From a virus (lineage: Duplodnaviria; Caudoviricetes), in the IMG/VR virus record IMGVR_UViG_3300044556_000025, positions 28,564-92,563 of that record: 64,000 nucleotides of DNA, one strand, 5' to 3'. Below, in pieces: positions 28,728 to 35,777 of this stretch (the stretch's first letter is position 1; every line of letters begins with the position of its first letter). The notes under the pieces were generated by a model that did no database searches, was not told the DNA's origin, and was given only the letters and a program-made list of their open reading frames with translations. Both the position numbers and the translations under genes were made by a program.

Positions 28728-29279
28728 GTGATATTGTTGTTCCAAACTAAGACGTTGTCAGACTATCAAATATACGAAATTTCGTCGTATACAGACGACA
28801 AGATTTTCGACTGGGCAGAAGTTTGTGGGATGGGTAAAGGTGATGCACGATGGTTTGCGCAAGCCAGAAACGAAGCTTTCAAAAGTGACTTCCATACCGC
28901 AAAGCTTGGATGCGTCTTAGTTTACAAAAATCACATACTGTCTGTAGGACACAATAAGTCTAAGACAGACCCGGTCCAGCGCCGCTATAACACAAAGTAT
29001 CGAGCTTTCACACGCACCGGAGCGTTCATACAGAATTGCGGTCATACAATACACGCAGAGATGGATGCTTTAAAGACAGTTCCTTACCCAATAGCGCAGC
29101 AAGTAGAATGGAAAAACGTAAACGTATACGTATATCGCGTGGGCTGGGGGCTTGACGACTATACGGGTCTCGCTCTGCCTTGCCCGGCGTGCGCTCACGC
29201 ATTGTCGGACATTGGAATTCGTCACGTATACTATACGACGGGTCACGATGACATGCAGTTCGGTCATTGTGACATCTGA
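28728..29279 (+). CDS. Zn-dependent deaminase (dCMP/CMP deaminase-like)
   Basis: GCVLV...GHN, IHAEMDAL, PCPAC, GIRHVYYT. Confidence 0.85.
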   Translation: MILLFQTKTLSDYQIYEISSYTDDKIFDWAEVCGMGKGDARWFAQARNEAFKSDFHTAKLGCVLVYKNHILSVGHNKSKTDPVQRRYNTKYRAFTRTGAFIQNCGHTIHAEMDALKTVPYPIAQQVEWKNVNVYVYRVGWGLDDYTGLALPCPACAHALSDIGIRHVYYTTGHDDMQFGHCDI

Positions 29280-29407
29280 GCAATCGTTAATTTCATAAAG
29301 TGCCTAGAAGAAGAGGTAGTTAATGGAACACATTATCAACGTAGCTTTCGACGCGGGATGTAAAAAGACGCATAAAGACGCTATAAACGAAGCGGTTAAC
29401 GAGCTTA

Positions 29408-29605
29408 ATGCAGGAAACGATGAACAAACAACAACGCCGAGCTCTGAAATTAACTAATAACATAATGTCTAATTGCGGTATATCATGTAGTTCATGTTCA
29501 TATTACAGACGTATTTTTGTAAGTGCGCACGGTACGTGCAAAGGTAGCAGAGTTGTTAAAGATTCTGGCTGGTGTTACGAATGGTCACCGAAGAACGAGA
29601 AATAA
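29408..29605 (+). CDS. Small Cys-rich hypothetical protein
   Basis: CSSC..C..C pattern. Confidence 0.5.
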   Translation: MQETMNKQQRRALKLTNNIMSNCGISCSSCSYYRRIFVSAHGTCKGSRVVKDSGWCYEWSPKNEK

Positions 29606-30129
29606 CTAAGGAAGCCCCTTCGGGAGCTATTGTTTACAATCATAAACAGATGTACTCTGTTTTCCGTAACGGTATGAACGTGTCTAGTCGATCTAATTGT
29701 CATCTATTCAATGATGACGAAATTAAACATTATTTTTCGTTATTCAAAAACACGATGCACCCAGATAAAGAGGTTTCATGTGTTTGCGATGATCTTGGAT
29801 TCACGTTTGATTCAGTTTTAGGAGCGGGTCGAGTTCGCTTAGCCGTATACGGAACTGACAGAAAGACAATATATGTGTGGCACGAAGTTCTTCCCTATCC
29901 GACAGCTTACGATGTAGATGACCTTATTACCTCTTTACGTGACAACACACACAATAAGAATCGAAAAGTAAACGTAATGACAACGCCTTATTCGAAGAGA
30001 ACATCATTTGAGCTATTCGGATATGTTTTTACGTTTTACAAAAATATGGATACGAATCCGATATATATGGAATCAATGAGAGATACGAGAACCGGAGACA
30101 CTTGGACAGTTGCTCATTACTTACATTAG
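29572..30129 (+). CDS. Hypothetical protein
   Basis: 185-aa ORF; start uncertain. Confidence 0.6.
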   Translation: MLRMVTEEREITKEAPSGAIVYNHKQMYSVFRNGMNVSSRSNCHLFNDDEIKHYFSLFKNTMHPDKEVSCVCDDLGFTFDSVLGAGRVRLAVYGTDRKTIYVWHEVLPYPTAYDVDDLITSLRDNTHNKNRKVNVMTTPYSKRTSFELFGYVFTFYKNMDTNPIYMESMRDTRTGDTWTVAHYLH

Positions 30130-30149
30130 GCTGAAAGGAATACGAAGTA

Positions 30150-30782
30150 ATGAATGACGAATCTAATGAACGTGCAAGCTCAGAAGACTGCAAGAAGTAT
30201 GCCCCAGCTGACATACCCGCAAATAATATGCCCGACGTAATAGACGACGAGGTGTGGTCTGAGATACCGGGCTTCTCTCGCTATCAGGCGTCTAATTACG
30301 GACGAGTCAGGTCTAAAGACGTAACTAAGAGGACAGTAGACAGATACGGGCATAAGATCGAATATATCGTCAAAGGCAAGATGTTACATCAATATCTTAA
30401 CATGGTAGGGTATCCAACTATTAATATACAGGATGACAATGGCAAATATCACGTTCCGTCTACTCACTCAGTCATAATGCTAGCGTTTACGGGCATACCT
30501 GCCAAAGTCGGCGTCAGGTGTGTCGATCATAAAGACTGCAACAAATTGAACAACAAGCTCGAAAATCTAGAATATGTCTCATATAAAGAGAACACCCACA
30601 GGGCAAAGAGCAACGGGCTGTTACACGGGAAGCGTAAGGTGTTGTGCGTTGACGACAACAAAGAGTTTGACTCTGTATCTAGCTGTACTACATATTATAG
30701 CTTCTACCAATCGTCACTTAAAACGTTGTTCGAGCGCAATGACGTCATACAATATTCGGGAAAGACATTTAAGCTAATATAA
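30150..30782 (+). CDS. NUMOD4-HNH homing endonuclease
   Basis: EVWSEIPGFSRYQASNYGRVRS (NUMOD4); VDHKDCNKLNNKLENLEYVSYKEN (HNH). Confidence 0.9.
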   Translation: MNDESNERASSEDCKKYAPADIPANNMPDVIDDEVWSEIPGFSRYQASNYGRVRSKDVTKRTVDRYGHKIEYIVKGKMLHQYLNMVGYPTINIQDDNGKYHVPSTHSVIMLAFTGIPAKVGVRCVDHKDCNKLNNKLENLEYVSYKENTHRAKSNGLLHGKRKVLCVDDNKEFDSVSSCTTYYSFYQSSLKTLFERNDVIQYSGKTFKLI

Positions 30783-30831
30783 TTATAAAGTCTTGTATAT
30801 CTAACACTGGCAAATCGTCGAAGGGAACATA

Positions 30832-31653
30832 ATGGCACTAAGCGAAAAAGTAGATCTTCTAGGCAAAGGCTTGTACAACGGAAAGATTCCAGACACTATT
30901 ACTATCAAGTCCATTCCGACCGCCTCAGAACTAGATTATGTAGGGGCGGAAGACTTTGATAACGTGATGCTGGACAAGATCTTGCCGCAGTGTATAGAAG
31001 AGAAGTTTAACACTCGCCTTCTTCTAGAAATCGACTATTATTGGGTACTTCGTTGCCTCAGGCTACTGAATTACGGTCCATACGTAAACACCGGTGCCGT
31101 TTTCTGTGACAAGTGCAATCAAGTGTCTTATGGGGATTACATAGGAAATTTGAGTACCGTCGATTGTATCCCACTGCCCGATGGGTTCGTCAACTCTATT
31201 AAGATCTCTCGAGACGAATTTATTTCGTTCAACAAAGACGTTACTTTTAAGCTTCCGACAATCCAAGACATTCTTAACTCGCGCAAAGACAAATCGTTCC
31301 AGGGTTCTGACGGCAAGACAAACACAATGTTTGCGCGCATTTGTTATATGATTACCTCTATCGGAAACGAGCCAATGGACCCGATTATGGTTCGCTCTAC
31401 TCTACAGAAGAATATGGAATCAGCTGACTTCATCCTTCTCGAAGACAAAATTCACGAACTCGAGAATTACGGTCTTCGCTCTTCAGGTAAGATTACATGC
31501 CCTAAGTGTGGAAACGAAGACGCACGATTCTTAGCGTTTGTAGACGAGAAATTGTTTCGTCCAACCGTGGCTGAACTACGGAAATGGCGAGACGATCGTC
31601 GTGCAAGGGAAAACAAAAACGTATCTCGAAATGAGAAACGAAGCGTGCGATAA
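30832..31653 (+). CDS. Tail assembly chaperone/baseplate hub assembly protein (T4 gp26-like)
   Basis: Duplicated CxxC domain architecture ending LFRP; lies between tube and tape measure in gene order. Confidence 0.7.
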   Translation: MALSEKVDLLGKGLYNGKIPDTITIKSIPTASELDYVGAEDFDNVMLDKILPQCIEEKFNTRLLLEIDYYWVLRCLRLLNYGPYVNTGAVFCDKCNQVSYGDYIGNLSTVDCIPLPDGFVNSIKISRDEFISFNKDVTFKLPTIQDILNSRKDKSFQGSDGKTNTMFARICYMITSIGNEPMDPIMVRSTLQKNMESADFILLEDKIHELENYGLRSSGKITCPKCGNEDARFLAFVDEKLFRPTVAELRKWRDDRRARENKNVSRNEKRSVR

Positions 31654-31819
31654 CATACTAGACGAGGCAATGTTCATATCTCGCGCTTCCGAAGGTGCAG
31701 TTTCGATAGATTGGGTAATGAACCAGCCTATATCTGTTAGAAAGAAATATGTACGTCAATTCGAAGAAGAGTTGAAAAAGCGTCAAGCTGAACTTAACAG
31801 CTTGAGCAAAAATAAATAG
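31544..31819 (+). CDS. Overlapping +1-frame ORF; probable frameshift extension of the chaperone
   Basis: Frame opens at 31544, just before TTT-CGT (31555-31560); no clear RBS or start; C-terminus DWVMNQPISVRKKYVRQFEEE. Confidence 0.6.
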   Translation, partial: TRNCFVQPWLNYGNGETIVVQGKTKTYLEMRNEACDNILDEAMFISRASEGAVSIDWVMNQPISVRKKYVRQFEEELKKRQAELNSLSKNK

Positions 31820-31830
31820 GAGGATCAGCG

Positions 31831-32259
31831 ATGTGCGAGATTAGCGACAAAATCCGCAAATGGTGCGGCACTTGCCGTGACAGCTGCATCGACGAAGACG
31901 ATTGCGACGGGCTTCGAGACCTTGCCGACCGCGTGGACGCGGAGACAGTGGAGCTGCCGAAATCTGCGGATGGAAAAATCTGGACCGGCAGAGAGGTGTG
32001 CTTCTGGACCGGCGCGACGGAAGGAGACTGGCACGATTTTAATAGTCTCGTCTACATCAACGGCAAGTGGTGCGTAGAGGACAAACACTGGCAAAGGTAC
32101 CCGGCGGCATCTGCCTGGTACGAGCGCCCCGACAGCTTGGAGCGCATAGCCGACGAGCTGGACGAGATGGTGGATGCGGCAGACTCCGCCGACGATAGAT
32201 GCGAGAAGCTCGCCGACCTCGCGGAAAGAATCCGCAGGCTGGCAGCGAAGGAGGGCTAG
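31831..32259 (+). CDS. Hypothetical protein (island)
   Basis: AGGAGG RBS; LADRVDAE.VELPKSADG, PDSLERIADEL. Confidence 0.75.
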   Translation: MCEISDKIRKWCGTCRDSCIDEDDCDGLRDLADRVDAETVELPKSADGKIWTGREVCFWTGATEGDWHDFNSLVYINGKWCVEDKHWQRYPAASAWYERPDSLERIADELDEMVDAADSADDRCEKLADLAERIRRLAAKEG

Positions 32260-32261
32260 CG

Positions 32262-32564
32262 ATGAGCAAGATGTACACATTCATGTATGAGCCGATGACC
32301 CGCCAAAACGAGTACATCGTAAACGGCGGGATAATTCACGCGGTAAACACCAGCCGCATCGAAGACGTTCAATTTTGGGGAGACATGGCGCGCGTTTGCC
32401 TTGTTTCGGGTGCGAAGTTCAACGTAACGAGAGACGAAGCGATTCTCCTTTTGGATTCGCTCGACAGATGGCACGAAGGAGCTTCGAAGGAACTTGCCTA
32501 CATGGAGGATGCGGTCATGAAATACGAGAGCGCAAAGAGAGACGAAAAGGGTGACCAGCGATGA
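32262..32564 (+). CDS. Hypothetical protein (island)
   Basis: GGAGG RBS; MSKMYTF start. Confidence 0.7.
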   Translation: MSKMYTFMYEPMTRQNEYIVNGGIIHAVNTSRIEDVQFWGDMARVCLVSGAKFNVTRDEAILLLDSLDRWHEGASKELAYMEDAVMKYESAKRDEKGDQR

Positions 32565-32797
32565 ACGGTTCCGAACACGTGCATGAGTGCGTAGGCTCCT
32601 GGACTGACGATGGCGAATGGCAAGTCTCGCCTGGTGAGCCAATCGTCCGCTGCAAGGACTGCAAGCATGTGTACGAGCACCATGACGCTCGTGGTCGCTG
32701 GCTCCTGTGCGGCTTGCAACTTTACGATGAAGTAAAGCCAGAAGACTTCTGCTCGCGTGGCGAGACGGAGGAGGATTACAGCGATGGCACCGACTAG
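32561..32797 (+). CDS. IVRCKDC-type small Zn-binding protein
   Basis: PIVRCKDCKH...C...DFCSRG. Confidence 0.75.
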   Translation: MNGSEHVHECVGSWTDDGEWQVSPGEPIVRCKDCKHVYEHHDARGRWLLCGLQLYDEVKPEDFCSRGETEEDYSDGTD

Positions 32798-33134
32798 CGA
32801 CGAGCGCCGCGAGGTAGCGGCAAGGCTACGTGAGGACGCGAGCTGTAGCGAGAGGTCCACGCGCTTTGTCGTTGAGTCGTACCTTGGCATTGAGTACGAC
32901 GGCACCGATATGCTTGAGGAGTCTTACAAGAGCGAAAGTCTCTTGCACCTCGCCGACCTCATCGACCCTACGTGTACCGTCGAATCCGTGCGTATTCACA
33001 CGGGAAGTTTTGGATGTGAGGAAGCCGGCTATGAGTATACGCTGTCATGTGGTCACACAGTGATTGTCGATGGAGATTTCCCGCCCTCATACTGTGACGA
33101 ATGCGGCGCGAGGGTGGTGGGCGACGATGATTAG
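32784..33134 (+). CDS. ERREVAARLR/LADLIDPTC family protein with Zn ribbon
   Basis: Shared modules; CGH...YCDECGARV. Confidence 0.75.
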   Translation: MAPTSDERREVAARLREDASCSERSTRFVVESYLGIEYDGTDMLEESYKSESLLHLADLIDPTCTVESVRIHTGSFGCEEAGYEYTLSCGHTVIVDGDFPPSYCDECGARVVGDDD

Positions 33135-33474
33135 CGACGAGCGCCGCGAGGTGGCGGCAAGGCTGAGGGCAGAGGTCAGCGAGGGCGAGTGCATCGACTA
33201 CGCGGTCTTCCGCATCATCAACGACGTGCTCGGGGTCAATGACGCATGGGGTGCCAAGGCCGCGCGAATCCTCGCCGACCTCATCGACCCTACGTGTCAC
33301 ATCGTCTGTGTCGATGACACATACAACACGCCAGAGACAGGCCGTGTTGACGAGTGGCATTACGAGTGCAGCAAGTGTGGCATCGAGCTTGACGATAACG
33401 ATACGGATGTCATGGATAGTGGAGCAAAGCCGTTTGATTACTGCCCGAACTGCGGCGCGAGGGTGGTGCACTAA
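33127..33474 (+). CDS. ERREVAARLR/LADLIDPTC family protein with Zn ribbon
   Basis: CSKCG...YCPNCGARV. Confidence 0.75.
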   Translation: MISDERREVAARLRAEVSEGECIDYAVFRIINDVLGVNDAWGAKAARILADLIDPTCHIVCVDDTYNTPETGRVDEWHYECSKCGIELDDNDTDVMDSGAKPFDYCPNCGARVVH

Positions 33475-33683
33475 TGGCCGAGTACATCGTTGACACGACA
33501 GACGGCATCCTGCACGCCCGCACGACCGGCGAGCTGGTGAGGTGCAGGGACTGCGAGCACTACAGGCGCGGGCGCTGCGAGTGGCTGGCGCTCGACACCG
33601 GGGGCCGCATCGCCAAGCCGGTGCCGTTCAAGCCTGCGTCTGACGGCTTCTGCGCATGGGGAGAGAAGAGGGAGGGCGATTGA
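33474..33683 (+). CDS. LVRCRDC-type small Zn-binding protein
   Basis: GELVRCRDCEHY...GFCAWGE. Confidence 0.7.
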   Translation: MAEYIVDTTDGILHARTTGELVRCRDCEHYRRGRCEWLALDTGGRIAKPVPFKPASDGFCAWGEKREGD

Positions 33684-33832
33684 TGAACGAGAAGAAGCAG
33701 GCGCGTCTCGTGGAGCGTGGTCGCAACGAGCTGAACGGCGGAACATACGAGACGCGGGACATGGGCAACGGTCACGGCTTTTATGCGGACTTATACTTTG
33801 CATGGGGAAAGACGAAGGATTACAAGCGGTGA
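33683..33832 (+). CDS. 49-aa hypothetical protein (not in the ORF track)
   Basis: TGATG-coupled start; MNEKKQARLVERG...WGKTKDYKR*; overlaps the next GTG. Confidence 0.55.
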   Translation: MNEKKQARLVERGRNELNGGTYETRDMGNGHGFYADLYFAWGKTKDYKR

Positions 33833-34044
33833 ACGGATTCGAGCATATCCATGAATGCATCGGTTCCTGGACTGACGATGGCGTATGGCAGGTCTCGCCT
33901 GACGATCCAATCGTCCGCTGCAAGGACTGCGCGCTGTACGACCGAGAGGACGGGCTATGCTACCGCAGCCCGAACAGATGCGGGAGCTACCGACCAGCAC
34001 ACGACGACGGTTTCTGTGAGTGGGCAAAGAAGCTAGAGGACTAG
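33829..34044 (+). CDS. IVRCKDC-type small Zn-binding protein, paralogue of 32561
   Basis: Near-identical N-terminus NG.EH.HEC.GSWTDDG.WQVSP..PIVRCKDC. Confidence 0.75.
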   Translation: MNGFEHIHECIGSWTDDGVWQVSPDDPIVRCKDCALYDREDGLCYRSPNRCGSYRPAHDDGFCEWAKKLED

Positions 34045-34046
34045 CG

Positions 34047-34325
34047 ATAGCTAAGTTTCGCAAGAATCCGGTAGAGGTCGAAGCCTTTCAGATCTCGATG
34101 GACACTATGTGCAAACGCGAGTACCCCCAGTGGTTTTCCAAATCAGCAGCACAAGGTATCGTTAATATATCTGAGAACCCGAGCTACCCGGTTGCGTGCA
34201 CCATCAAGACGCTTGAAGGCGATATGAATGCATACATCGGCGATTACATCATCAAAGGCGTCAATGGCGAGCTCTACCCATGCAAGCCGGACATTTTCGA
34301 GAGAGGTTCCAGTGATGAACAATGA
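34047..34325 (+). CDS. PGDYG-like phage protein paralogue with ATA at the expected start (possible pseudogene)
   Basis: AKFRKNPVEVEAF...TLEG...GDYIIKGVNGELYPCKPDIF; tagcgATA here versus (t/c)agcgATG in neighbouring genes. Confidence 0.65.
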   Translation: MAKFRKNPVEVEAFQISMDTMCKREYPQWFSKSAAQGIVNISENPSYPVACTIKTLEGDMNAYIGDYIIKGVNGELYPCKPDIFERGSSDEQ

Positions 34326-34761
34326 TCTTGAGGACATCGCCAATCGAGTCATACGCGGCGATTTCGGCAATGGTGAGGACCGTGTGAAGGCTCTCCGTGA
34401 AGCTGGATATTGCTACGAAGAGGTCCAGAACAGGGTCAATGAGCTTCTCGGCGCGTTGGTGCCGGTACGCATTCCCAAAACGATCGGCACAAGCACACCC
34501 GGGTGCTGGATTGTATATTCTGACCAGCCCTGTAGCTGCGTCTGCATGGGCGACATGGTCGATGTCTATCACGATGCAGGCTGCAAAGAAAGCGGGCTCC
34601 TCACCGATGTCCAGTATGATCGCTTCGGCAAGCTGTCCATGGTATGCCTCAAGAAAGAGATAACAGGACCTGGATGGACCAAGTTCTGGCTTGGCGGTTC
34701 GGTGAAGGTCCAGTGGGTCCGCCATCCGACCGCCGTCTGCCATCACAGGGAGGGCAAATGA
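34315..34761 (+). CDS. Protein with N-terminal CW_7 (Cpl-7) cell-wall-binding repeat
   Basis: LEDIANRVIRGDFGNGEDRVKALREAGYCYEEVQNRVNELL. Confidence 0.75.
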   Translation: MNNDLEDIANRVIRGDFGNGEDRVKALREAGYCYEEVQNRVNELLGALVPVRIPKTIGTSTPGCWIVYSDQPCSCVCMGDMVDVYHDAGCKESGLLTDVQYDRFGKLSMVCLKKEITGPGWTKFWLGGSVKVQWVRHPTAVCHHREGK

Positions 34762-35018
34762 AGGCATATCTGATGAACCATGACGTGAACCTGGGCTACG
34801 GCGTAACCGAGTGGTGGAAGACCGAGGAAGAGGAAATCCTCTGCGTGCAATTCTACTCCGAAATAGGCGCGACTATGGTCTTCCCGTATGACATGGAGAA
34901 GGACCGTGTTCAGCACTGGAATCCTCTCTTGATGGGGCACAAGGACATGACCGGTGGCAGGGCCATGCAGGAGCTTGGCTATGAGCCGGTGGAAGGGGAC
35001 GAAGATGGCACCGACTAG
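34758..35018 (+). CDS. Hypothetical protein (island)
   Basis: GGAGG RBS; ATGA overlap with the previous gene. Confidence 0.7.
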   Translation: MKAYLMNHDVNLGYGVTEWWKTEEEEILCVQFYSEIGATMVFPYDMEKDRVQHWNPLLMGHKDMTGGRAMQELGYEPVEGDEDGTD

Positions 35019-35319
35019 CAACGAGCGCCGCGAGGTGGCGGCAAGGCTGAGGACTGAAGTCGGAGAGGATGAGTGTATCGACTATGCCGTGTTCCGAATC
35101 ATCAACGAGGCTCTTCTAATTAACGGCGCGTGGGGAGCGAAGGCAGCACGCATCCTTGCCGACCTCATAGACCCGACGTGCAAGGTAAGCTCCGTGGAGA
35201 CCTACGATGACGAGCTTGGCCAGCTTGAGGGCTGGGAGTTCCACCTGACATGTGGCCATAGCTTCCAGCGGCCATGGAACGAACCACAAGCATACTGTCC
35301 AGAATGCGGCGAAAGGTGA
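35005..35319 (+). CDS. ERREVAARLR/LADLIDPTC family protein with Zn ribbon
   Basis: Appears chimeric between the 32784 and 33127 genes. Confidence 0.75.
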   Translation: MAPTSNERREVAARLRTEVGEDECIDYAVFRIINEALLINGAWGAKAARILADLIDPTCKVSSVETYDDELGQLEGWEFHLTCGHSFQRPWNEPQAYCPECGER

Positions 35320-35325
35320 TGGACG

Positions 35326-35559
35326 ATGACTAGTATCGAAGAACGACGCGAGGTAGCGGCTAAACTAAGAAAGTACATTCCCTATGCAGAAATGCATGAC
35401 AAGCAAGGCGATTACGTCATGGAAAGCGACAAATGCGTCGATACTCGTTGTACGCTCTATAACAACATTGCATCTTGCATAGAAGACTGCGGAAACTTCA
35501 ACCTAAGTGCCAAAGAGATATTCACACGTCTCGCCGATCTCATCGACCCGAGCAAATAG
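35326..35559 (+). CDS. ERREVAAKLR/LADLIDP family protein (no Zn ribbon)
   Basis: Shared terminal modules around a unique middle. Confidence 0.7.
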   Translation: MTSIEERREVAAKLRKYIPYAEMHDKQGDYVMESDKCVDTRCTLYNNIASCIEDCGNFNLSAKEIFTRLADLIDPSK

Positions 35560-35605
35560 CTATTTCTTACATTCATACCTCCTCCTTTCGATTGACTATA
35601 TTTAC

Positions 35606-35656
35606 CCTCTTGCCGCGTGAGAAAGCCCCGAGGCTTTAGCCTCGGGGTAGCTCACT
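35606..35656 (+). mobile_element. 51-bp single-hairpin IS200/IS605-derived mini-element, copy A
   Basis: TTAC|cctcttgccgcgtgagAAAGccccgaggctttagcctcggggtagctcact; identical inverted copy at 51402-51452. Confidence 0.85.
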
Positions 35657-35680
35657 GGTTGTAGTTCTATATAGCGAAGC

Positions 35681-35722
35681 GTGCTCTCCGCATATGCGTG
35701 GATGATCCTGTGGGGATGATCT
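35681..35722 (+). CRISPR. Solitary degenerate type I-E-like CRISPR repeat plus a half repeat (no array, no cas genes)
   Basis: GTGCTCTCCGCATATGCGTGGATGATCC followed by tGTGGGGATGATCT. Confidence 0.55.
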
Positions 35723-35777
35723 CACAGCCCAGCCAACCATCTATTTAATCAGAACATATATCTAGATGATTAAATAG

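Larger units (their letters stand above)
31826..35560 (+). other. GC-rich island of ~13 short, overlapping modular genes
   Basis: Visibly higher GC and different codon usage than the backbone; coupled stop/start junctions; internal repeats. Confidence 0.85.

Noticed and set aside
31605-31615. Lambda-type -1 slippery site (AGGGAAAAC) in the chaperone
   Set aside because: The downstream ORF is in the +1 frame, so a -1 shift would not reach it
35681-35722. Bona fide CRISPR array
   Set aside because: Only one full repeat and an abutting half repeat; no spacers and no cas genes. Kept only as a solitary repeat
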